DNA of 64,000 bases from Phoronis australis (Eukaryota > Animalia > Phoronida): the NCBI GenBank assembly GCA_002633005.1, contig NMRA01000695.1, positions 62,001 through 126,000 of the forward strand, written 5' to 3'. Positions 49,887 through 62,252 of the stretch are shown one piece after another. Below the pieces are notes generated by a model that saw only the letters and a program-made list of their open reading frames with translations, was not told where the DNA came from and did no database searches. The translations under genes and the position numbers were made by a program. The first letter of the stretch is position 1. Each line of letters opens with the position of its first letter.

Positions 49887-52800
49887 ATGTCTTTCCGTTT
49901 TGGGTTGTTTCTATGTTTGTTTATGGTTGTGCAGAATTCCGCAGCTGATGTGAATGGTTTAAAGGTGAATGTTTCGTATTATCCGGCAGAGATACGAGAT
50001 CTGGTCGAGAATAGTGTTCGTAACATAACCGTACAATGCGTTTGGAATGTGGCCGACTTCAAGCGAGTTCAATTAGTGGTGACGTCAGACAACGAAGAGA
50101 ATGTGGCATTGGAAGGAAACTCGACTTTCATTTTGGATCCCAGCGACTTAGGGTCCAATTCGACCGTAATACAATTGAAAGGTATTTTTCTCGGGAAGGC
50201 TGGGGTTTCGTTCTCGTTCAAAACAGTTGGAACCCAGCAAAATGCCAGCAATGGTAACCCTGTGGTCTTCAAATACCCGGTAGGGGTTGTACGACAACAA
50301 AGTGTTTTAGATCAGATCTTTGTCATTGGCGTCAGCGTCATGGTGGGAATCAACACCATTGGGTTTGGCTGTTCCCTGGATCTGACAGTAGTGAAGGAGA
50401 TATTGAAGAAACCTATTGCTCCAGTCATTGGTTTTCTTTGCCAATATACAATAATGCCATTGGTAAGTGGGTTAAAACGTACGACAAGAATATTGTAGTA
50501 AAATCTAGGCTTGCTAAGTGCTTCACATGAATGACAGTAATTAGCTTTTTCATAATGAAGTGATGGCACCTTACACGATCCATGTATGAACAAGGCTTGT
50601 CGTGCTGTTGCCAAAATGTTTACTAAAACGAATTTCCTACTTCGTGAGATAATTGTACATTTTTAACGTGGTTCCAGAAATTGTTATTCAAGGCATATTA
50701 CTTAATACTGTTCTGTCTTATGTGCGCTTGTTGTAAAAAATCTTTGAACTTCAAAATGTCTTATGGTAATAGGATACACGTACCCTCGTTACCTAGGATC
50801 GAATTCCTTAAATAAGTATTGATAAAAGACCAATGAAACTTAATATTTTAAAATTCTTGATGGCACATTCTTGTCGCGTACCCGAAAGCAATGCCTAGAT
50901 TTTCGTAGACACTTAACTGATATTTTTTTTCTGAAAAACGCGAAACCATTTTTTCGCAAAAAAACTTGCACATATTCGTCTAGTCACAAAATTGTGTCCA
51001 GTCTGGGGCGTCCTTTTCAAGTCCATTTAGCATGAGAACCCGGCTGTCAAGAAATGTTTACGTCATCATTTTAGATAATTGTTTTTAAAAGAAAACCCCA
51101 AGCGTCCTTTTGAGGATACTAGAATAAATTATAAACTTTGCAAGTTTCGAGCGAAAAAATCGTGTTCTGAAAAAATCGACAATCTCCACAAAAAGTCACC
51201 TTAATTAAAAAAATGTAATCATGTGTTTACAGACATCTATTTTGTACCTATAATTACATTCTGTGATGATCATAGATGTTAAAATATAGTTTTTCGGATA
51301 TATCATTAACACACTGAACTTGAAAAATTGTTTAAGAAATTCGATCCTCGGTAATATACTAGTAGAACTCAACGCCAAATAATTTCTTAAGCTGAATTGA
51401 TTTGGGGGTATGCATTAATTCCTACGCCTTGTGCTACCATTTTAATTAAATGACTCACGCCCTCCCGTTATCTCATGTAGACATCTTATGCTCTTGGAAA
51501 GATTGTGCGAATGCCCGCCGAACTTGCCATCGGACTGTTTGTTATTGGTTCGTGTCCGGGTGGTGGCGGAAGTAACGTGTGGACTGTGCTTCTTGAGGGT
51601 GACTTGAATTTGAGTCTCACGATGACGTTTTTCAGTGTCGTCGCAGCATTAGGTAGGTTGTACTTTAGTATGACGTATAAATAATTTGTTTGTGGGTGCC
51701 TTTACATGAGCTGTGGTAGCAGCGGGTTTTGTTGACAAATGCCTACTTCCAGATCTATAAAAGTATGGTCCAAATGAAGCCATCGTAATTCTAATATTGC
51801 CCATTTTTTCGGCATGTGTTGCATTCTGTTTTGCATACGATAACTCTATGGATGCACAAAAATGATGCCGTTTTCGGATCATACAAATTATTGACCTTCA
51901 CGTCAGACATTTGATGACCAAAGCCCAGGCAAATTTAGTGTAACTTTAACTTCTGTCTGAAGGAATGCTAAATGGAAATCTAAGAGTGATTTTACAACGA
52001 TAAAATGATTGTGTTTGAAAGAACAAATGTTCTTCACTTTTGTATGGAAAACACTTACTTAAGCATTAAAATTGTTAATAATATTTAGAGTCAAGTTTTG
52101 TAATTCAGTAAAAACATCACTTTTCGAATTCGTGATGGACTGTTTTAACAAGCTCAAAGAGTATGTCAGTGTGTGTTTCAAATTGGTTGAAACTCGTTCT
52201 TTAGTTTGCTAATCACATAGGAGCAAGGGGCGATATTTTACTCGGAATCGAACTCGAAAATATAATGAATATATTCCGTTTTACTTTTAGTAAACAAGAA
52301 CACTACAAGAGCAACGCGGAATGTTGATATGCGCCCACGACTGCACCGCAAACGGTGTGCATTTAGGGGTGTTTACTTGTATCATAAAACTGGCCATTAG
52401 TTGGGAGAACCCATCCGAAATGCAACGATGTTGTCGTCTCTCAAAATTATTTGTCTACTTTTATGAAAATCCGTCAAAGAACTCCAAATATACGAAGGCA
52501 AACGTAAAAAAATTTGCCGTTAGGAACCGCAGCAGTAATCGAATCCATCCATCTGCTGTCAAGCTAAGAGGAATGTAATAGCGAAATCTCAAAAACATCT
52601 TGTAAGAGGTTTTGGAGATACAGCCACAGAAGCGAAAAAATATCACCTGGGGGCACCACAGTAGTTGAACCCTTAGAAAATCCACGTCAGTCACACTCTC
52701 TTGTCAAAAGAAACACTTCTGTCAATTTTCATAATGATCCTTTGCGCGGTTTAGCAGATACAGAAGAAAACGACAAAAACAGACTAAAAAATATTGAAAG

Positions 52801-55800
52801 TGTCCACTAGTTGGTGCGGAATACATCAAATCCATCACAAATGGAAAGCTGCTGCCGTCTTCAATTCATAATAGAAATTTGTTTGCCAAATTTCATAAAA
52901 AGTATCAGGGAATTCTAAAGTTACAGAGGCAAACGTAAAAAAATAAAATTGCTACTAGGGAGCACAACTGTTGTTGGATTGATCTGAAACTGGCCACCAT
53001 CTGTTGCCATCTCCATAGGAGCCCGATTGCTAATTTTCATCTTGGAAAGGGTAAAGGAGATACAGCCGTGAATGCAAAAATGCCACTGGGGGCCTGAGTA
53101 GTTGAACATCCGAAAACCAACGCCATCCTCGCCGGGTCTTCTGATCAAGAATACATCTACAAATAATGATGCCTCAAAAAGTTGCTAAACGGGCAATCGT
53201 GATCGTTGTCATAACGCTAAATCTCCGTGAGAGACCGTCTGGAGTTGGTATAAGGTGCAACTCCGGACGGTCTGGGGTCAACAGAAAAATACAGTTCAGC
53301 TGTGAGTCTACGCCAAAGTGATAAACGAGAGTAGTTCTACTTGCTTCGTCAGCTGCAGGTATGCTTATATCTTTTATGACACACAATGTGTGACTGGGCA
53401 AAGCATTTTCAAAAAATGTGGATAAATCAGTGGAGTGTGAGACCCCTGAGGTCCATGTCAAGTCCTCACGACAATTCTACGTTATGGTCAACTTCATACG
53501 AATACTCTTGCCAAAATAAATTAATATCCTGCAGAGGTTTTGGGAGGTACAAAAAATGTCACGAGGAGGCGCCACTGTAGTCTGAGCCGTACGAAAATCC
53601 TCATCAGCCGTCCTCTTCATGCTAAAATCATAAACACCAATTTTTAAAATCATTCTTAGAGTGCTTGGTTGATAGAGAGGCGGTCGCCAAATCAAGACTA
53701 GAAAACAGTAAAAATTGCCACTAGATGGCGCAAAATACATCGAATCCATCCGAAAACAGAAACATGTGATTTTTTCTTTAATAAAAAGCTATTTACCAAA
53801 GTTCACAAAAATCCATAAATGAACTTCGGAAGAACAGTGGAAAACGGGAAAAAATGCTAGGGGGCAGAGCGATCGTCGGATCCGTCTAAAAGGCGTCGTC
53901 ATCCGTTGTCAACTTCACATAAAATAGATACACTTGCTAAATTAATTAAAAATCCTGCAGAGGACTAGGAGGCACAACCATAAGCGCAAAAAAAACCTGC
54001 CACTAGGAGGCGCCACAGTGGTCAAAGTCGTCCGTAAAAATCATCGCCAGCCGTCTTCTTCACAGTAGGAACATATATGCCAACTTTCACAAACATCTTT
54101 CGAGTGGTTTTTTTTGAACGCCAAAACACTCTCGTAAAAAACCTCAAATCCATCCGAAAACGAGAGGATTAGATACCGTAGATGCCTATATGCTAATTCT
54201 CATCAAAATCCATTGAGGACCTTTGAATATACAGAGGTGAACGTAAAAAAATTGAAACTAGGGGTACACACCGGTTGTCCGATCCTTCCGAAAGTCGTCG
54301 TCTGAGTTCATATAAATATCTTGTTAACTTTGATATATATACTGCAGAGCGTTTAGGAGATAGAGCCATGGGCGTAAAAACAAAAACTGCCACTAGGAGA
54401 CGCCGCAGTAGTTGAAGACGTCGGAAAATAATCGTCAGATGCCCTCTTTACAGTAAGAACATAATTATATTTTCGCAATCATCCTCAGTGGTGGAGTGAT
54501 TTGGCTGATAGAGGGGCAGACACCATAAAAACAAACTCAAAAATAGTAAAAATGGTCACTAGGTGGCGCAAAATACCTCTAATCCATTTGAAAACTGAAA
54601 GATAGCGTCATCTCACTAATAGACGTCTATCTGCCAAATTTTACGAAAATACGTTGAGGATCTCCGAAGATACAGATGTAAACGAAAAAAAATAAAATTG
54701 CCACTGGGGGACACATCGCTTGTCGGATAGGTTCGAAATCCGTCGTCATCTGTCGCTTTATAGGAATAGATCTTCCAAATTCCATCAAGATATCCTGTGA
54801 CGGGCTTAGGAGATACAGTTGCGGACGGCGGACGCCCAGGCAGAGATGAACGTAACATATACACCAGTATATGGGCGCATAAAAATAAACGTCTGCTGAC
54901 TACATTACGGTTGAAGTGGATGGTTGTGATCCGATTTTACACTTAATGGGCTATAGACTACTAACGTCTAATCTGAATTCGAAATCTCGAAATTTTGCTT
55001 TAAATCTCGAGTTTTGCCTAGAGTTTATAGCTCGATTCTACTAATGTCGGGCTCAGCAAGTGTGAATTTGGACACATACACACATTTGCGTAATACCTGA
55101 CCACAGAACTATTAATAGCTAATATTGATATTAAAGGAGAACGAAAGATATCAAAAAGTATTTTCGAGGTCGATTTCGAGCAAAAATGATTAGACCCCTT
55201 GTCCACGGATGAACAACTAACTTGAAAAGCATAAACCCGTCAACCTGACCAGATTATCTGCATTAAAAAAGCTATAAAACCGCGTTCCGTAAAAGAAGCA
55301 AACTTTTGACTTAAATTACCTAGTGCTATAAAATTGCTAATCCGGCTGTAACTCAGATGGGAATTGATCTCCGGGTTTGCAAAGAAACTACTATTCGTCA
55401 TCCTTCAAAACCATACTTGGCGCATAAAATGACACGCTGTCACAAGCCCACTTGTAGAGCCTAGTCTAGTCAAGCAATAACGAACTGTCAATTGCTTTAT
55501 GTTGTTTAAATCACCTCCAATTTGAGGCCAATTTCATAATGGTGAGTGGGCCATTAATGGAAGGAAGGTTTATAGCCAATTTAAATGATGACAAACTAGT
55601 ATCATTTTGGTGACATAACGCCATAAAGAAAAAGTGAGTGGTGAAGGTTTAATAACTGCCCTCAAAATATAATTTTATCTGATTTAACCCTTTTCAGGCA
55701 TGCTCCCCCTGTGGCTGTATACCTTGGGCGTTACCATTCTGGAGACCGACCTTAAGATTCCTTTCGAAAATATTGCTACTTCACTCATTACGCTGGTCGT

Positions 55801-56377
55801 TCCTTGCATAGTTGGAGTTCTCATCAACCGCTTCTTGCCGAAAGTGAGCAAGGTGCTAGGTAAATTAGTCAAGCCTGCTTCTTTGATTATTGTTTTGTTC
55901 ATTTTAACATTTGGCACGTACGTGAACCTGTACATATTTGAGATGCTGGACGACTGGAGAATCAGTGTTTCCGGCCTACTTCTTCCTTACGTCGGCATGA
56001 TTTTGAGCGGGGCTGTTGGATTGATATGCCGTCAACCGTGGACCCGTGTTAAAACCATCATGTTTGAAACTGCCGTACAGAACACGGGGCTAGCTATACT
56101 TATAGCAAAGCTGTCGCTTCCTCAACCTGACGCAGACCTAGCCGCTGTGATGCCGGTGGCACATGCTCTTTTCTTGCCGTTCCCAATGGTTATCTGGTAT
56201 ACTTCGCTCATGATTTATAGAAAGTGCTGCAAAAAATCCATAGACGGGGCCGATGTTTCATCAGTTACCGTTGACGAGACCATTCAGGTAAATGATGACA
56301 TTTCCTTAGTAGAAAAAGATTCGTCCGGAACAAAAGCACTCGATCAAGGCAAAGTGAATAAAGCTATAGAAGAATGA
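49887..56377 (+). CDS. SLC10 family sodium/bile acid cotransporter-like, paralogue B (~475 aa)
   Basis: Exons 49887-50462, 51481-51652, 55698-56377 (phases 0, 1). Signal peptide MSFRFGLFLCLFMVVQNSAA; motifs GFLCQYTIMP, GSCPGGGGSN, EGDLNLSLTMT, GMLPLWL, FETAVQNTG. Confidence 0.9.
50781..51361. mobile_element. Non-autonomous TIR element
   Basis: Inverted repeat ttacctaggatcgaattccttaaa / tttaagaaattcgatcctcggtaa; exact ends and TSD unclear. Confidence 0.55.
52292..54885 (-). mobile_element. Helentron-associated (HINE/DINE-1-like) element with internal tandem array
   Basis: Subterminal IR tatgcgccca (52328-52337) / tgggcgcata (54872-54881); short hairpins near both ends (caac..gttg; atatac..gtatat); gcggacggcggacg microsatellite; minus strand reads TTTTTATG...CTTGTTT with no TSD; internal ~130-160-bp degenerate units. 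Confidence 0.7.
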
Positions 56378-56909
56378 CTGACTGTTATGGAACAGCGACA
56401 ATGAAGTCGTTTAATTGTAAACTGGACACGCAAGGGGGGGGGGGGGGGGGGGGGGGGNGTTGCGTTTCGAAAGCGCAAGATCACAGAAGCCCTAATTGGC
56501 AAGAAATCGACATGAATTACAAGTTAAACACCTGATCATATTAGCCGTTCTGGCGAACTTCTCGCGTATACGACACGCAGTGTGATAACGAATCTGACAA
56601 CAGCTTTGGCAAGGACGTGTATAGTCGTGACATTTACCGGCTTGCAAGTGCGCGGCGCAGTTCCAAGCTTGCCACGTGACAGCTACAGTGTATTTAATTG
56701 AATTACTACCATCTGGTACACACAATCGAACATTGGCACAACTACCGCCAGCTCTTCCCCCATAGGGGAAGGTTAAAGTTGAGCGAAACAAAATAAACCA
56801 AATGCAAAAGTTCTCCCATCATTTTTGCCTGCCTCAGTTGGATTTTCCGTTTCCGAAAAAGAAGCAACTATAAAAGCAACGTCGACTTGATTTTCAAAAG
56901 CACTAGCTC

Positions 56910-57059
56910 CATGGGCGGATCCAGGATTTTGAGTTAGGGGGGCCAGGGCATAGTATTTGTTAGGATTTTGCCTGTCAGACATTGGCACTCCCGAATTGCC
57001 CAATGGAATCTTGGAGGGGGGGACATGGCCCCCTTGGCCCCCCTCTAAATCCGCCGCTG
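56910..57059. mobile_element. 150-bp MITE (family of 33597-33757)
   Basis: catgggcggatccag ... ctaaatccgccgctg TIR. Confidence 0.7.
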
Positions 57060-57181
57060 ATCTGTGCTACATTTTTACTTAATACGGTTTCATGTATTAG
57101 CATTATCAGGTACATTATTTACATTTACTGAACTCGCAAAAACTGATGCGTTTGCAAGAAGTACAACACAGCATAATGTTA

Positions 57182-57194
57182 AATAAAATTTATT
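57182..57194. terminator. Back-to-back poly(A) signals between convergent genes
   Basis: AATAAA on + (57182-57187) and on - (57194-57189). Confidence 0.4.
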
Positions 57195-60100
57195 TGTTCA
57201 AAACTGATTAACTACAACACGTGTTGTGTTAAGGCACAAATTATGCACAAATCTTAAAAATTTTCACCTAATCTGCATAACAGTACAAATTACCCGTATC
57301 AAGATACAAAAATACTGTTTTAAACAGGGAATAGGTTAATGTACGAAACTGCTTGATAGTCGCATGTCGGCTGCAGAACCGCTGATAGTGAATCCACCAG
57401 CGTGTTATCATGGTACAGTGGCAATGAACTCTCGTGTGCGGCATTCCTGGCTACCACCAGTGCCTGTTTACGAAGGTACAAAGGTAAAATGACTGAAGGT
57501 GTTGTAAAGATTACACCCAATAGTTTTTTGAACCACGGTTAAATTTACCTCCAAAAATTCAGCATATTTCATTAAAATTTGACGCCTGATGAGTTGGCTG
57601 CATTTGAAGGTTACAAATGGCATTTGCTTGATTTTTGAGTGTTCTGAGTGAAATATTGGCAGTTGCTGTTGACCCATTTTTGCTCACTTCTGGCTTTTAT
57701 TAAACCCACTGATTACCAATGGGGAGTACAAATTTAGTATTAAATTCAGGTACCCTTCAGACACTTTGGATTTGTGAAAAATCTGGCTGTTTGACAACCA
57801 CTTGATTTTTGGAGTTTTGGTAGCCAGAATGCACTGTCTCTCAGTTCGTTCACATTCAAATGGCGGTGTAGGTTGAAACTAGGAACCAATATTGGCCACT
57901 ATGGTGAAAACTGTTGACTTAGTGTTCGTTTTTCAAAAAGCTGGCTGCACTTCCGTAGACATAAAATATGGAAAAACCTGACTTAGGAATCGGCTTCAAT
58001 ATATTTTGTGCAAATCTTTTTTAAGTCTTTCAACCACTATACCGTTCATGTTTTCAAGTTTTGTACACACTGTGGAACAGACAGTTGGAGCTCAAAATCA
58101 GCAAACAATGTTGAGTGCCACCCAACAACTACCAAACAGACCACTCATGAAAGCAGCTTCCTTAACAAAGACTTTTTATTAAGACCTAAGGCAATGAGTG
58201 ATTGCTGGGAACCCAAAGAGAACTTATAAGTTCGCCAATGCTTGTTATGATTTTCTGTGTATTGCCCGGTTTTGGCCTAATTAACAGATACTAAAAACGA
58301 CTTTCTCACCCAGTTCTCTGAAACAAAATAATGATCTGTAAGCTTCGGCAACCCTAAAAATTTGGGGGGAGCAAAGTTGAAAACTCCTTTAAAACGCTGC
58401 TAAACGGGCAAGCGTGATCTACAATTATAGCGAATTACACGACAACTGTGGGAAAAGACCATCCACCAAGGACCATAAAATAGAAAGGGAGGACGACTTC
58501 TTAGTTGATAAGATTGATACCAACGATGGATTATGAGGTAATAAAACAAGGATTGGTTGACATAATCAAAACAAGGTTTGGTATCCTTTAACTAAGCCAC
58601 GTGACAAACCATTTTTTATCTTGATCTCAGCCAACAGCGAATTGTCAGTTATTTGACTGTCCAGCAATCACTTCTAATCTGAGTAAGAAACAAGTTGGGG
58701 CCAGCGGGTTTGATGGGAGCTTATTTCGATCTGTTCGAAGATAGCTCTAGCATCGAGGAATGTTCTAACAGATTAAAATAATCTCTCATGGTTTACAGGA
58801 GTTTCACATGCAGTAAAAGCTTTCAACAACATCGATTTCACTCTCAGAGCAACACGAAACCAGATGTTCATTGCTAGTAAATGCTAGATGGCCATATGGA
58901 TTCACCAGGGCCCAAATTCTCTTAGTACATTTCCAGTTGAAGCTAAATTCAACTTCCACCAAAAGCTATTGTTACAAATGGTGGTAATCTTAAACCAAAT
59001 ACGCCATAAACTTAACTATTACATAAAGATAATGCAAAATTACAAATTGTATATAAAAACATTAGTACTTATTTAGATCTTACTTACAAAACATACAAAA
59101 TAACACTGTGGTAATAACAAACTAAAGCATCATTGGCAAGGAAAGGCAAGCCCTAATTTTCCTTCCACTCATAAAACCAAAATTTTAAAAAAACTTTCAT
59201 TTGACAAGATGAATTATACAGTTATGTAGGACCGTATCTGATGGTTTCCAATTTTTGAGTTGTAGCATAAAAATCAAAATGTCCCATCAGGCAAAAGTGG
59301 AACATAGCAAAGCTCACTCCTACATGTAAAAGCCTGTTGGTGAACAGTACACAGAGTATGAGACAGTTTTATATGAGTCTGATAAGCCTTTGTGAGACAT
59401 GACGTCAGCCAAATTTTCAATATTTTTGAGTCCAACATAACTTTGAAGTACTTGAAACACTCAGCTTTTAGAGATTTTCCAAACTGAAAAAGCCTGCCAA
59501 CCTGATAACAAAAGGTTTGTCGAGAAACCTTTGTCTCACAAGACTTAAAAGACAACAGATGGCGTTACTGATGGAAATAAGAACTTTACAATTTGGCACT
59601 TCTTAATATGTAATACTTTCCATAGTGGATGCCTGGAAATATTTTTTCTTGGGAATTCCCAGTTGAATGTTTAGCTCATGTGGGCTGCTTCCGAAAAAGG
59701 GGTACAGCTCTCAGCAATTTGTGTTGTTGACAGCATTGCAGTCATTGATTTAAAACCATCTACTACAAAAAAGGAAAAAATGTTGACAATTGATCAACTT
59801 GAAATAATTTCAAAGGTCCTTATAGCACTTATGAAAGACAAAAATTGACCCAAGAAGTAGTGCGTCAAATAGTTTCCACATCTGCCTCATTCCTGCGTGC
59901 GCAGTAACTTTGAAAAATCATAAGCAAGAATTATTAGACTCCATCCGTTCTTTTTTCTAATTTTGTTTCCAAAAGAGACCCCATTGGGGTTGGCTCTTTC
60001 GAAACCCACAACAGATCTGAACTTGCAAAACTCAAGTAACTGAAAGCCTGGGGTCCGATCTCTGTACACGACATTCAACCAAATAATTTATGCGTTGCAT

Positions 60101-61065
60101 GGCATATTTCGAGTAACAAAACATCGTACTCAAATAATGTAGCATAATTGTTTAATATCAAGGCTGCATTTGGAGACTAGACCCTGGGTCTAGGTAAAAC
60201 AAAATGAGTCATGAAACGATTATTTGCACTATAGGAATTAGGAGCATTTAAAAAACCTTGATGAGCATTAAACTGACTGAGGATTTCAGCTTCAAAAATA
60301 TACCAGGCTAGCAGTAGTTGGGCCAGTGCCGTGTCTGAAGCAAAGTTTTATTTTGATACAGATGCAGCTCCTCTCTAACCTGAATCAATCATTCAGATAA
60401 ACACACACTAATTTTTTACTCAAATGCGATGGGTACTAAATGGATGGATTCTGAAAGTAATAATGAGACCTAAGCATAAATGCTGACTGTAAATCTACAT
60501 TATTCACAAGATATATGAGACCTGTGCAGCATCATAGCACTTAACTTTTAAAATTTTAGACACTCACACGAATTTAGATAAAAATCACTTTCAGTGATAA
60601 AGTTACAAAGTGAGTGTTATATTAAACTACGTTATTCAAGCACATTTTTTATCAAATACCCACAAATCAAAAAGCAACACTAAGATACAAGAGATTCATT
60701 TATCTAAGACAATCAAGGCTTAAAGACATTACGGGTTTGGCTATTAGAAATTCGTAGGGGATAATAAAACAATTGTCTTCTCAGCCAGGACCATGAACCC
60801 TTTGTTAAGCTGTGTTGACTTACACAAGTCATCTGGGCCAGCTGCATGGCAAAAAGCAGGCTTCACAAACAACTATTGACCTCGCTTGTCAATTTCAAAA
60901 GGCCTATTGTGTGTAAACAACACCAATGATCTACAAAATTCTAAGTCACTATGCAGACTAGTTACCACCTCCATGCCCAAAGTGAAGTTTGTGAATTAGG
61001 CTGTCTGGTTAATGCTTTGCCACAAGGTCCCACCACACAGTACTGAATGCTTATGACAATTTACA

Positions 61066-61572
61066 TTTAAAAGTCATGACCACCGTTTCTAGCTGTACAG
61101 TAGCATTTTAGGCAAATTATGCTTCACACTGATTAAAACATCAAAGTCACGTTTTTTTGTTATATACCTTTTGCATATAGAGGGACACCTTAGGAGGCTG
61201 ACAACGTCTTTAATTCCTTCCAACTCAAATAAATACTCCCGTAATCAAACTTTTTCTTCGAGCAGTCCTTCAATTGAGCCATTTTAGACATTTTTAACAC
61301 TGCACGTGGCAGGTGGTACGACATCATATCCCCTGGCTGAGCTGTGTAAAAATAACCAGTTTCTGATTTTGGGAACTAAACAAAGGCCTGCTCGAAGAAA
61401 AAGTTTGATAACTGAATTATTTGTTCGAGCTGGAAGGAATTTCAAACACCTTAGGAGCCCATCTATACGCAAAAAGACCACATAACAATGAGACTTTGAT
61501 GGCTTAATCAGTGTGAAGCACAATTCACTGAAAAGCTACTAGCCAGCTAGAGATGATGGCCACTGTCTTTGA
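61066..61572. mobile_element. Foldback element with ~200-bp imperfect arms
   Basis: Arm pairs gcttcacactgattaa / ttaatcagtgtgaagc, catcaaagtc / gactttgatg, tcaaactttttcttcgagcag / ctgctcgaagaaaagtttga. Confidence 0.75.
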
Positions 61573-62252
61573 TTTCAAAAAAGCATTGCAGTCACTTTAA
61601 AACTTTTGGAAATGAAGCCTACATTTTGAGCTGTGATTTAAAAGCCAGGATTGGAACATAATAATGTTAGCAAGATTTGGCTCAAAAGCAAGGCAGGGCA
61701 ATGCTGAGCATTGACATACTCGCCATCACGTGCACTGCAAATGTCAACTGTATAAAATGTGCTTATTTTTCAAACATTCAGCACACTAGTGTGAGCAAGA
61801 CTCAAATTTAAGTTCACTATAGTGAGATGCACTATTAAACTTACAATGGCGTCACAAAGAACCTGCAACATTCCCTATAATCACACAAACGACAACTAAA
61901 TTTGAAATAAAAAACAGGGCGGTTTGAAGGGAAACTAACACAGAAAGAGTATGCAGCATGCTTTTTTGAGGGTTAGGTAAACACATTTTTCATTAAAAGC
62001 TGTGGTTCACTCCGTCTGTTGGCACCTTCCTAGATTCGTCAGTGTAAAACGCATGACTCACCCACTGCCATGTACACAGAGCACCTCACATACCAAGGCT
62101 GTAAGATGTGGCAGTGACAGTAACAGGTCGCTAGGGTACTTTTAACTTGGCCAGGATTCGCCAGCGGAGAGATAACGAAATAATTATATGTCACAAACTA
62201 GGGTGCGAATGTTGACATTCCAGGAGAATCCTACGGAAGATCCAGGTATTTC

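Noticed and set aside
56434-56459. G-quadruplex-like poly-G in the SLC10-B 3'UTR
   Set aside because: Abuts an N gap (as do G/C runs at 37850 and 49105); length unreliable, probably a MITE homopolymer that broke the assembly.
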